A stretch of DNA of 64,000 bases. Source: Escherichia phage VTCCBPA_211. Positions 39,649 to 49,220 of the stretch are shown here, piece by piece. Within the stretch, counting starts at the first letter, position 1. Each line of letters begins with the position of its first letter. Made by a program: the position numbers and the translations under genes. The stretch lies in the sequence record PP989838.1, one strand, 5' to 3'. The notes under the pieces were generated by a model. The model saw only the letters and a list, made by a program, of their open reading frames with translations. It ran no database searches and was not told the DNA's origin.

Positions 39649-40617
39649 TTAAGAACTAGCCATCCCGCCAATCACCCCTCCAGCCAAAGCACCCCAAGGA
39701 CCAAAGGAAGAGCCAGCTGCTGCACCACTCATAGCTCCACCAAGGAAACCACCACTCCCACCAGATGTTTTAGTAGTTGTAGTTTGTCCGAGAGCACCGT
39801 TAAGTACACCTGCTGCACCGAGTTGGTTGTTGATATCTTGCCATCCCCAATTAGCTGCGTTCTGAGCATTCTGGTAGGCATTATCATATTCATTCTGTTG
39901 TTGCTGTTGTTGCTGCAACCCAGCCTTCCATTGGTTTAATATTTGCTGTTGAGATAAATCAGCACCTTGTTGACCTAAGTTGGAAAGGTTAGAACCGATA
40001 GTAGAAAGACCTGATAGAGCAGCTGCCTGATTCTGTCTATTACCAGATAGGATGCTTTCAGCTTGACTGATAGCTGAGTTATAGGCACTGTTGGTAATAT
40101 CTGTTGCTTGACTTTGCATCTGATTCAGAGCATCGCCTTGGGCAAAAGATTTAGCCATACGAGCACCTGAACCTTGTTGACCGGCAAACTGTTGAGCCAA
40201 CTGAGGAAGAGCATTACGTGCCAAGTTCTGTTGAACCTGTTCATTATTAGCTGTAATGGCTGCTTGCACAGCGTCATCATCATACAGTTGACCAGCGAGA
40301 GCACCAATCTGTTCTCCAGTAATCCCACCTTGTCCAGAGAGGCTCTGATAGCCTTTATAGGCATTATCTAGATAACCCAAGCCTTGACCTGCTGCATCCA
40401 TGTATTGCTGTGAGAGAGTGCCTAGAGCGCCAGATTGTGCTAGGTTATTAAGTGCCTCTGTCTGATTGTTATTAAACCCTACATTATCTCGATAAACATA
40501 ATCCCCTGAACTAGTATTGCCAATTTGCTTGTTAAGCTGGTCGATATACTGTTGAATGTATTCAGGGCGAATCATTTGGGAAGTAGTTTTACTACCTCCG
40601 CCTCCGAATAAAGCCAT
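39649..40617 (-). CDS. Gln/Asn/Gly/Ala-rich virion protein, paralog 1 (322 aa)
   Basis: Low-complexity Q/N/G/A composition; N-terminus MALFGGGGSKTT and FNNNQTEALNNLA shared with the neighbour. Confidence 0.45.
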   Translation of the reverse strand: MALFGGGGSKTTSQMIRPEYIQQYIDQLNKQIGNTSSGDYVYRDNVGFNNNQTEALNNLAQSGALGTLSQQYMDAAGQGLGYLDNAYKGYQSLSGQGGITGEQIGALAGQLYDDDAVQAAITANNEQVQQNLARNALPQLAQQFAGQQGSGARMAKSFAQGDALNQMQSQATDITNSAYNSAISQAESILSGNRQNQAAALSGLSTIGSNLSNLGQQGADLSQQQILNQWKAGLQQQQQQQNEYDNAYQNAQNAANWGWQDINNQLGAAGVLNGALGQTTTTKTSGGSGGFLGGAMSGAAAGSSFGPWGALAGGVIGGMASS

Positions 40618-40629
40618 ATTAAATCTCCT

Positions 40630-41682
40630 TTAGTTTGCTCCGAATGCCCCTAAGACACCGCCTAAGATATTATTACCCGTTGTGGATAACCAGTTAGACT
40701 GACCTCTCTGTTGAGAAAGATTAGAACCTCCAATCATAGGTCCAGCCATTCCAGATTGCCCACCTGAGTTGTTATAGGAACTCCAAGCATTCTGAGTCTG
40801 TTGATTAGGAGAGAAAGCACCCATACGACCTGCAATACCTAACCCAGTGATACCAGCACCGAGAATCTGCTGCCCTGTGTTAATGCCCGGAGCGGCATTC
40901 TTAATTGTGTACCCAGCCATCGGGCTTACACTGTTTAATACATTAAGTTGGTTGTTAAGCTGATTCCACCCATACTGTTGAGAGCCAATAGCGTTCTGCC
41001 AATTAATATCAGCTTGAGCCTGAGCTTGTTGCTGTTGTAGATTACCAGCCATGAGTTGATTCTGGATAGCTTGTTGAGTTGCCTGAACACCTTGAGCACC
41101 AAGATTGAGATTCTGTCCAGCCAATCCTGACTGAGCACCAAGTAACCCTCTCTGGAAGTTTTGGTCTTGTTGAAGAGCGTTGATTCCCATATTCTTGCCG
41201 CTAATAGTACGAGCTAAGTTTGTATTAGCACTATTCAGAGCAGCACCTTGAGCAGCAGCTCTACGGAGAGAACCTGAATCAGAACCATTTCCGAGAGACA
41301 CGTTGGAAGCTGCCTTACTAGTAGCTTGGGCAAGAGCTGAGCTATTCAAACCTTTACTAAAGTTATTAACCCCTTCAGCCGTTACTCCACCACCATTGAC
41401 AATATTTTGATACTGCTGTGCAAGAGAGTTTAATTGGTCCAACCCTTGCTGTGTACGTGGTGTATACATATCAGCCAATTGCTTTTGAGTAGTAGAAGCT
41501 GCTAAGTTGTTCAGAGCACCTTGTTGGTTGCCATTAAACCCAGCCAGCTGTTGGGAGATGAATCCCGGATCGTTGTTCTGCATATTCTGAGCATTAGCAA
41601 CAATCTGCTTCAGCAGGGCATCAACCTGAGAGGAAGGAGCCACTGTGGTTTTGCTAGAAGCCGATTTTCCAAATAAAGACAT
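40630..41682 (-). CDS. Gln/Asn/Gly/Ala-rich virion protein, paralog 2 (350 aa)
   Basis: MSLFGKSASSKTT and FNGNQQGALNNLA; same composition. Confidence 0.45.
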   Translation of the reverse strand: MSLFGKSASSKTTVAPSSQVDALLKQIVANAQNMQNNDPGFISQQLAGFNGNQQGALNNLAASTTQKQLADMYTPRTQQGLDQLNSLAQQYQNIVNGGGVTAEGVNNFSKGLNSSALAQATSKAASNVSLGNGSDSGSLRRAAAQGAALNSANTNLARTISGKNMGINALQQDQNFQRGLLGAQSGLAGQNLNLGAQGVQATQQAIQNQLMAGNLQQQQAQAQADINWQNAIGSQQYGWNQLNNQLNVLNSVSPMAGYTIKNAAPGINTGQQILGAGITGLGIAGRMGAFSPNQQTQNAWSSYNNSGGQSGMAGPMIGGSNLSQQRGQSNWLSTTGNNILGGVLGAFGAN

Positions 41683-41701
41683 AAGTCCTCCTTAATGACT
41701 A

Positions 41702-42484
41702 TTACTTAACACCAATGCTAGCCAAACGTCTAAGCACTGCTTGTGTTTGTGGACTGTACTGAGAACCTGCCGCATGTGGTGCACTTGCTCTCTGAACTGT
41801 TTGAGAAGTAGGAGGTTTACCAGCAAGCATAGCAGCTACTCCTAATACTGCATTACCAAAGTTCTGTTGGGGCTTCTGGTCTTCACCTTCCTGCACTTCA
41901 TCAGAGTAAAATTCTACTGGATTTCCACCTAAAGCGCCTGTCTTAGAAGCAGCAATCTCTGCCTGAGTTGGAGCTTGTGCGGCCTTCTCTCTATCTAGCA
42001 AGTCAGGGCTAAATTGATTGGCTGGTTGAACAGCTTGTAAAGCCCCTACAGGGTTAGCAATCTGAGAAGCTGCATCACCATAGAAAGGAAGAAAGTGTTT
42101 ATTGTTCATGGAGTCAAGAGCCTGAGGGGTAAACCCTTTCTTACCAGCGAACATCTGCTTAGCACCACCAGTTCCCTCTGAGTAGCCAACCATTGCCTTC
42201 TTAACATCGCCATTAAAAGCTTTCAGGTTGTCTCTGATGTAACGAGCACCCATATCGATATTCTTGGCTGGGTCAAGCCTATCTTCTAACTTGTAACCAT
42301 AATCTTTAGCTAACCCTTTACTGATCTGCATCAAACCAACAGGACCAGTTCCGGAAGCCACCTTAGGACGACCACTAGACTCCCTTTGAATTACAGCATG
42401 AATCAAAGCAGCTGGAATACCATACTTCTTTGAAGCCTGTTGAACCATCGGGTCTAGTTCTTCTATACCCATTCTAATTGCCAT
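41702..42484 (-). CDS. virion-associated lytic transglycosylase (SLT domain)
   Basis: QRESSGRP (catalytic Glu context), GLMQI and downstream SLT motifs. Confidence 0.65.
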   Translation of the reverse strand: MAIRMGIEELDPMVQQASKKYGIPAALIHAVIQRESSGRPKVASGTGPVGLMQISKGLAKDYGYKLEDRLDPAKNIDMGARYIRDNLKAFNGDVKKAMVGYSEGTGGAKQMFAGKKGFTPQALDSMNNKHFLPFYGDAASQIANPVGALQAVQPANQFSPDLLDREKAAQAPTQAEIAASKTGALGGNPVEFYSDEVQEGEDQKPQQNFGNAVLGVAAMLAGKPPTSQTVQRASAPHAAGSQYSPQTQAVLRRLASIGVK

Positions 42485-42493
42485 AAGTTCTCC

Positions 42494-43528
42494 TTATTGT
42501 ATGCTTCTAAAAATTTTCCTAGCATCTAGGACTGGAACCTGAAGGGAGATAGCCCCACCACCACCCATATCGTAGTTTCTATCCCACTGGAACATATATC
42601 GACCATACCCTGTACCAAAAGAAGAGCCGTTCATCGTATGAGATCTAGCATGTTGGAAATACCAACTCCCCGCCTGACCTCTAATAGAACCTGCTCCGTT
42701 TGTCAGAGGTATCATAGGATATGTAAGTCCAGTATTCCCTCCACTCATAGCCATAAAACGATCAACCATAAAAGGTGTTCTGTAAGTAGAAAATACACAC
42801 TGAGAACCATTAGGTGAATATATGTTTAATCCACCATTGTGAGTAGGAACACCAGCCCCATTACAGAACACTGCAACTCTCACATTATTGATTGTTCCTG
42901 TTTGGTTGTTGTTTCCGTTATTGTAGGTTCTGTTTTGGTAAACCCTGATATTACGACTCCCAGCATCATAGAGTAAACCTTGTCCTCCAGACCAGTTAGC
43001 AAATACGGAAGCTCTAGACATATCAAAACCACTGATTGCTGGTATTTTCATAGAGCCATTAATATTTCCTTCCCAAGCCCAAATACATTGACCAACAACT
43101 CCAGCATCTGATATAGAGAAGTAATCAGCTGTGTTTGAAAATGTTATCCCGTAGTTTCTATTAGCTCTGGGCCATATTTGATATACATTGAAAGCCACGT
43201 CAAACAATGGGTTACTTCCCGGATTCATATTTAAACTAACCCTGAAAGTCGAGTTATTAATGATGCTGATGTTATTCACAACATACACATCAGGGACAAG
43301 GTTAGGAGGAACCTCCCATTGCCAACACAGAGAGCCAGTAGGGACTACAACTATTTGACCTGAGCCATTCCATCCAGAAATAGGGAAATCCCTACTTCCT
43401 CCGTTAAAGTTATAATTACCGCTTACTCTGTTCTTAAATTGAGGGAAAGTAGAACCACTGTCAATAAAAAGCTCAGCCGGAGAAGCTGGTCCCGGCCCGG
43501 CTGGCGTTGTCCATATTCCATATGCCAT
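42494..43528 (-). CDS. tail-associated structural protein (344 aa)
   Basis: Asn/Gly/Ser-rich beta-type composition within the tail gene block. Confidence 0.35.
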   Translation of the reverse strand: MAYGIWTTPAGPGPASPAELFIDSGSTFPQFKNRVSGNYNFNGGSRDFPISGWNGSGQIVVVPTGSLCWQWEVPPNLVPDVYVVNNISIINNSTFRVSLNMNPGSNPLFDVAFNVYQIWPRANRNYGITFSNTADYFSISDAGVVGQCIWAWEGNINGSMKIPAISGFDMSRASVFANWSGGQGLLYDAGSRNIRVYQNRTYNNGNNNQTGTINNVRVAVFCNGAGVPTHNGGLNIYSPNGSQCVFSTYRTPFMVDRFMAMSGGNTGLTYPMIPLTNGAGSIRGQAGSWYFQHARSHTMNGSSFGTGYGRYMFQWDRNYDMGGGGAISLQVPVLDARKIFRSIQ

Positions 43529-43529
43529 A

Positions 43530-44501
43530 TTACCAAGTCCCTATTCTAATACGAAGCGTACCACTTCCATCATAGAAGTCTATACGGCTACCATTCATCC
43601 ACAACCGGTTACTACCAGAACCAGCCCCTAATTGGAAATCACCACCAACAGTCAGTCTCCAGTTTGTACCACTCATGGCCCCTGCTGTAATCTTATTAGC
43701 TGATAGGCTTACAATCTGAGCATTCTGTATTGATACATTATCAATCTGTGCCCATTGAATCCTAGCATTAGCAATCATAGCAGTTGTGATATTGACATTC
43801 TTTATGTCAGCGAACTCCATTCTAGCTCTTCCATTCTCAAATACAAAAGGGGTATTCCCTGTCGTACCATTACCTACGATGAACTTGTTAGCTGTTACTT
43901 GGAATTGGCTGTTTGTTCCATTGTTAGTTAACTTGACCCCAGCATATCTTCCGTTGACTGTAGAGTTAACACCCCACGTAGCTTCATACTCAGAAAGCTT
44001 CATATATTGAGAGAGGCTTCCATTAATATTTTGAATCTCTGTCTGAACTAAAGCAATCTCTTGACCTTGGTCGTTGACAATACCTTCTACCGTTTGAATC
44101 TTAGTTGTGTTACCTTCAATACTTGTTTTAAAGCCAGATACAGTGCTTTCTAATTTTACAGGAGGTTGAACAGAATTATCCCAAATATCTTCAGTGGAGA
44201 GATTCCCCATCTGTGTTATAATATCTGCGATAGCTGTTTCAATCTCTGTGGTAATTCTGTTCTCAAGCTCATCAAATTGTAGATTCATCGCATGAAGAGC
44301 TTTGATACGAACATCAATCTCATCGTGAATCTCATCAATAGCTTGGAACATTTGGTTAGTAGCTGTACTGACTTTCTGTAGCTCGTCATATACGGCTACG
44401 TTATATGTTTCTGTGTCCTGTACATTATTGAGAAACCCAACGTTGTACGGGAGTGTGGTGTTATTACGACCAGTGTTCTTACGAAAACCACCTGCACCCA
44501 T
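43530..44501 (-). CDS. tail fibre-like protein
   Basis: ATG at 44501 with GGAGG SD; N-terminal coiled coil then Asn/Thr/Gly-rich C-terminal region. Confidence 0.4.
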   Translation of the reverse strand: MGAGGFRKNTGRNNTTLPYNVGFLNNVQDTETYNVAVYDELQKVSTATNQMFQAIDEIHDEIDVRIKALHAMNLQFDELENRITTEIETAIADIITQMGNLSTEDIWDNSVQPPVKLESTVSGFKTSIEGNTTKIQTVEGIVNDQGQEIALVQTEIQNINGSLSQYMKLSEYEATWGVNSTVNGRYAGVKLTNNGTNSQFQVTANKFIVGNGTTGNTPFVFENGRARMEFADIKNVNITTAMIANARIQWAQIDNVSIQNAQIVSLSANKITAGAMSGTNWRLTVGGDFQLGAGSGSNRLWMNGSRIDFYDGSGTLRIRIGTW

Positions 44502-44544
44502 AAGTTCCTCCAAAACAATAAAAGGGGCACGAAGCCCCTTGTTG

Positions 44545-47500
44545 TTATCTCCGTCCGCCAACAGCAAACTCTATCGTTAACCCATTGATAGCAGCATTAC
44601 TGTTAACATCATTATCTATAACATTATAGAAAAGGTATGGATGGTTCAGTCTCACTGAGACATGCCTGTCAACACCGATTGTATAAGTCTTAGATATGTG
44701 TGGGTGTCCATATTCATTTGAGAATTGACTACCTCCAGCTTCAAAGGTATAAGTGCCTGAGCCGGTTGTCTGAGGACGGAATCTGTTAATATGCTTCTGA
44801 TTCCACTCATTTGTCACATTATCAAAATCTAGACCAGTTCTCTCCAACCTCATCTCCAGAGGCTTCTCTATAACAACATCATTTAACCTGTCATAGAAAT
44901 AATCAAGAGCACCTACATCCACTTGGTAGAATCCCCTCAAGAACGAACCTACTACCGTAACCCTCTGTCTAAAGTTTGTTGCATCCTTTCTCCAAACAAG
45001 CTCTTTGATGGATTGGTCATCCCAAGTGATTTCTTGGAAGTCAGACCAGATTGGACCTCTTTCTAAAACAGGAGGATCAACCAGACCAATACACTGAGCA
45101 TATGGGATAGTACGGAAAGACCAGGTATCAAACTCATAATTCCATACAGCAGCTTTGGTGCAAGCGAAGCTTTCTTTTGGTTCTCCCGGACCTACATACA
45201 GAACCCAAACTTCTTTTTTATCCTGATGCAAGTGTACTCGAGTTGCTAGAGGGTTAACCAGACACACCTCGTTAATCAGCATGTTCTTGACACGATTAGA
45301 TGCAATTGACTTCTTGGTTGCACCATTGTGTAAGATTACATCGTTCTGAGTAACTACGAAGTGGCTACCTTCTACTTCAACCACACACTCAGGAGCAAGG
45401 ATACCAGAATCGTTAAAGAGCTTCTTGAACATTAGAGGCTGGTACGTGTTATTAGTCGGAGAACCAATATACGTTTCAAACTCTGTATAAACGAACAAGT
45501 AGTCTTTAAGAGGTAAGATATCAATCAAGCTGCCGTTAGAGTCAGCTAAGTCAATGTAACCAGCATATCCATTTTCTAAAGCCTGAGTCTGTCCTACGAT
45601 GTTAGAAGCTAAGTCTGAAGACACAACTCGATCATAGGCAAAGTCATCCCACAGTGTAGGGGCTTTGTTCTCGTTGGCAAAGTTAGACCAACGAAGACGA
45701 AGCGGGTAGTTAGTGGTAACACCAGAAGCATTAGCCTCTCTCATATTCAGAGCAAAAAGACGGTTGTTAAAAGATCTTACTCTCTCACATTTCCAGTTAA
45801 ACTTCTTGACTGAAGGGTTTCCATCATTATCAACAACTGTTTGCTCACCCCACCCCGGAAGGTCTACAAAGTATTCTGATTCGAATTCTTTTACCTGAGG
45901 AGTTTCATAGTGAGTTGTAGCAACTGCACAGTTAGAGATAACAGCGTGATACCAAGGATAGTCATCAAAAGCATCGTAATCCTTCTGAGTCATCTGACTG
46001 ACAGTACATGTTACGTTAATCTCTCCTTTACGAAGAGCAACCAGTTTGATAGATTTACCAGTAACTGAGGTTGTAGAAACATAACCAGTTTTATCAACAG
46101 ACCACTGATAAGAGTAATCACCTTCTGGAGAAGCCGTAGCTGTAATGACAATCTCTTCACCAACGTCAAGAGAAGCGCTGACAATATCTAAGGTTACAGA
46201 TGACAGAGGGGTTGCCAGTAAAGAAGCTCTTGCAAAACCTTCAATGTCATTCACGTTAGAGTAATCATAGAAGTTGTTACCTTCATACATCCCTGACGTA
46301 TCTATACCAGATGTAGGCTCAGCAAAATAGGTTACTTCCTCGCTTTCAGGAGGAGTTACTACTTCCTCGTCTTGAGTTTCTACTGACTCTGGCACAGGAG
46401 CAGCAAATGCCATAGCACTTGTTCTCATTGCCCTTCCAGCTAAATCCACACGTACAGTACAGACAGCAACTCTGTTACCTTCTTCAGTGGTAGCTGTAAT
46501 CTCAGTAAAGCCAGCAAGTAAAGCATTTATTGTCCCTTGTGTGCTAGTCCCCGATACTGTTGCAATATTTGGATTAGAAGAGGTCCAAGTAATATTTTGA
46601 TTAGGGGCGTTAGCAGGAGAAAGGGTAGCAGTTAAGATGTACTGAGAACCTCTACTCACAGTAACATCTGACTGGCTTAAAGAGATACTATCAATCTGAG
46701 GGATAGAAACAATCTCACAAGAAGCAGTCTTAGTCCCGTTATCAGCAGTGATTGTTACATTACCTTCTCCATTCGCTGTAATGACAGCAGTTAAAGAGTT
46801 GGCGTTAGGAGTTACAGATACAATAGAAGCGTTATTGCTGGACCAAGTTACAGGAGTTTTGCCAGTAACAGCCGTGAGAGTAGTAGTCCCTCCTTTACGA
46901 ATTGTAACAGTGTCTTGACTCAAGAAGATGCCTGAATCACCATCGATGATATTAACAGCAATCTGAGCCACTACAGAGTCATCAGCAGTAGAGATAGTTA
47001 CTACAAGATTACCTTCTCTCTCAAAAGATGTTAGAGTAGCAAGTTTAGAATCGTTAGGGTCTACTGTAATACTTCCATAAGATGAGTTACTAACTTCCCA
47101 AACAAGATCGATATTATTAGCATCAGCAGGAAGAAGAGAAACCTCTAGATTCTTGGTCTGATTGAAGTTCATTGAGATAGTTGATTCTTTAGGAACGATC
47201 TGAGAAACAACTGGATAAATCTTAATTGAGGCAGAAGCCTTCTTAGTGACTGTAGCAACCTTACGGCTAATATCAGTCAAGCTTTCATCTGTCAGTTTGT
47301 ATAACTTCTTATCCGTACCTACAACAAGAAAGCTATTACCTGCGCTATAATAATCGAAAGGCATAGAAACGAAAGACAGAGGGGTTAAATCCTTATCTTC
47401 ATCTACATAAGAAAGAGGGGCATTGCCCCCCGTCTTAAATACTCTCTGCTCAACAAATCGAGCATTTATAGCATTAGTGAAAGCATTAGGAGCTAAGTCT

Positions 47501-47562
47501 GTCGGAGCCTGATCAGCGATAACGCCTACAGCACCTAGTGACTTTATTGGATACAGCGCCAT
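44545..47562 (-). CDS. large tail structural protein with Ig-like (BIG2-type) domains (1005 aa)
   Basis: Internal tandem Ig-like segments; TAAGGAGGAA SD. Confidence 0.45.
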   Translation of the reverse strand: MALYPIKSLGAVGVIADQAPTDLAPNAFTNAINARFVEQRVFKTGGNAPLSYVDEDKDLTPLSFVSMPFDYYSAGNSFLVVGTDKKLYKLTDESLTDISRKVATVTKKASASIKIYPVVSQIVPKESTISMNFNQTKNLEVSLLPADANNIDLVWEVSNSSYGSITVDPNDSKLATLTSFEREGNLVVTISTADDSVVAQIAVNIIDGDSGIFLSQDTVTIRKGGTTTLTAVTGKTPVTWSSNNASIVSVTPNANSLTAVITANGEGNVTITADNGTKTASCEIVSIPQIDSISLSQSDVTVSRGSQYILTATLSPANAPNQNITWTSSNPNIATVSGTSTQGTINALLAGFTEITATTEEGNRVAVCTVRVDLAGRAMRTSAMAFAAPVPESVETQDEEVVTPPESEEVTYFAEPTSGIDTSGMYEGNNFYDYSNVNDIEGFARASLLATPLSSVTLDIVSASLDVGEEIVITATASPEGDYSYQWSVDKTGYVSTTSVTGKSIKLVALRKGEINVTCTVSQMTQKDYDAFDDYPWYHAVISNCAVATTHYETPQVKEFESEYFVDLPGWGEQTVVDNDGNPSVKKFNWKCERVRSFNNRLFALNMREANASGVTTNYPLRLRWSNFANENKAPTLWDDFAYDRVVSSDLASNIVGQTQALENGYAGYIDLADSNGSLIDILPLKDYLFVYTEFETYIGSPTNNTYQPLMFKKLFNDSGILAPECVVEVEGSHFVVTQNDVILHNGATKKSIASNRVKNMLINEVCLVNPLATRVHLHQDKKEVWVLYVGPGEPKESFACTKAAVWNYEFDTWSFRTIPYAQCIGLVDPPVLERGPIWSDFQEITWDDQSIKELVWRKDATNFRQRVTVVGSFLRGFYQVDVGALDYFYDRLNDVVIEKPLEMRLERTGLDFDNVTNEWNQKHINRFRPQTTGSGTYTFEAGGSQFSNEYGHPHISKTYTIGVDRHVSVRLNHPYLFYNVIDNDVNSNAAINGLTIEFAVGGRR

Positions 47563-47571
47563 AATTCCTCC

Positions 47572-48375
47572 TTAGCTAATACGTCTCCAAATGTGAGCTG
47601 CTCTGAATGGTGGCAAAGTGTTAATAGGTTGACGAGAGATATCATCACGACCAAGACTTACACTACCAGAGATTGTATGAGTGTGAGTATCATTATCAGT
47701 TCTCTGACTATATCCACCACCCGGACTATACCAGTTTGGCGAGCTGTTATGACCACTAGCATCTCCACGACCAAATACCATATTGTGACTGTGAGTATTA
47801 CTGGATAGAGAGAAGCTGGAGCCATTAACTGTCATCAAAGGTACGTTCTCAGTTCGAATGGTATTGAAGACACGACCACCAGTACCACCTGCTTGGAACT
47901 CAACTCTCTGAGCATTAGGAACAGAGCCATCAGGGTTTACTACACCAGTACCCATAATGACACCAGTCACTTTAGCCCAAGAACCAAACCCTAAGGAGAT
48001 TGAGTCACCGGGGTTAATATCTTCTTCAGTGATGTAGTAAGAACCAATTCGATAGAGCTTATTCTCCATCCAGTTCTTCATGAACGCTTCCATCTGACCT
48101 TTAGTAACAACGTCCTTGTCACCAGTTCCCGGAGTAACGTTCTTGATCATAAGACCACCAACATCCATTGCATCACCAGTAAACTTGAGCTTCTCTGACA
48201 TAATCTTAAAGGTGTCAGAATCTATATCAACCGGTTCTGTAACATTGGGGAATGTGTTCTGTAACGTTTGTTTAATGAGGCGGATTTGAGCCGCCCCTTC
48301 GTAGATGTAATCCCTGTCTCTAGGATAGAGTGGGTTTAAGTCGGTAATAACTACCGCATTAGTTTCGATAGCCAA
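47572..48375 (-). CDS. tail-associated structural protein (267 aa)
   Basis: ORF with TTG start after GGAGGTG SD; Gly/Ser/Thr-rich. Confidence 0.35.
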   Translation of the reverse strand: MAIETNAVVITDLNPLYPRDRDYIYEGAAQIRLIKQTLQNTFPNVTEPVDIDSDTFKIMSEKLKFTGDAMDVGGLMIKNVTPGTGDKDVVTKGQMEAFMKNWMENKLYRIGSYYITEEDINPGDSISLGFGSWAKVTGVIMGTGVVNPDGSVPNAQRVEFQAGGTGGRVFNTIRTENVPLMTVNGSSFSLSSNTHSHNMVFGRGDASGHNSSPNWYSPGGGYSQRTDNDTHTHTISGSVSLGRDDISRQPINTLPPFRAAHIWRRIS

Positions 48376-48387
48376 AAGGCACCTCCA

Positions 48388-48879
48388 TTAATATTTACCT
48401 TCGGTGTAAAGATTAGCTTCTGCAACTCTTCTATTATGAAGACCCTGACTTCTCTGCTTCTCTCCCTTGACCGTTATTTTATCCCAACGAAGAAATTCGG
48501 AATAAACATCCCCCTTAACATCTCCATTGATTACCTTCCTTAACTTAGATGTGCTCAAAGCCCCACTGCCAACATTGAAGTTGAAAGAAGTGAGTGCATC
48601 AAACTCATGAACTAGTAAAGGAACCTTTATGTTCTTCTGAGTAGCACGAACAGAGTCTTGTGTGTCTCTATCTAGCAGAGCTAGACAATCCTCTATAGAA
48701 TACGTTAATCCTTGTCTAACCGGATAACCATTCATATCGCGCGTAGCCCCTACACATATAGTCCAGATACCTGCGGAATCTTTATAAGCCTTGGTTCTCA
48801 TACCCTCATGCTTCATGATGAATTCCATTCCAGCTGGGCTTAAGTTTAGTTGTACAGGTGGCAATGCGACGTTATCCAT
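48388..48879 (-). CDS. endolysin (T4-type lysozyme, GH24-like)
   Basis: Lysozyme-type catalytic region (MKHEGMRTKAYKDSAGIWTICVG); AAAAGGAGG SD. Confidence 0.7.
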   Translation of the reverse strand: MDNVALPPVQLNLSPAGMEFIMKHEGMRTKAYKDSAGIWTICVGATRDMNGYPVRQGLTYSIEDCLALLDRDTQDSVRATQKNIKVPLLVHEFDALTSFNFNVGSGALSTSKLRKVINGDVKGDVYSEFLRWDKITVKGEKQRSQGLHNRRVAEANLYTEGKY

Positions 48880-48908
48880 TTCTAACCTCCTTTTGTAGTC
48901 CCTTTAAA

Positions 48909-49127
48909 TTAAGGTAGTATCTTTCTCAGAGCGTTAGATTCAGCATCAGGGCAAATAACAACCAAGTTGTTTTGAATAGTTCTCTGCTTACATTGAGAAC
49001 TAAGCTTCTCAACAGGAGCTGGTGCTGTGACTAATGGATGGACTGCGTTAACAGGAACTGCTGTAGAAACCACAACCCCTGCACCTAAACAGACTAAACC
49101 GTAAACAGCTTGTTTCATCATTTTCAT
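48909..49127 (-). CDS. small protein with N-terminal hydrophobic anchor or signal (72 aa)
   Basis: MKMMKQAVYGLVCLGAGVVVSTAV; lies directly upstream of the endolysin. Confidence 0.4.
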   Translation of the reverse strand: MKMMKQAVYGLVCLGAGVVVSTAVPVNAVHPLVTAPAPVEKLSSQCKQRTIQNNLVVICPDAESNALRKILP

Positions 49128-49220
49128 TTACGTATCTCCTATGTATTAACCTCTTGGGATATATTAGTTTCATTACCTACTAGCTCTAGTTACTACTAAA
49201 GCCCCCGAAGGGGCAATAGA

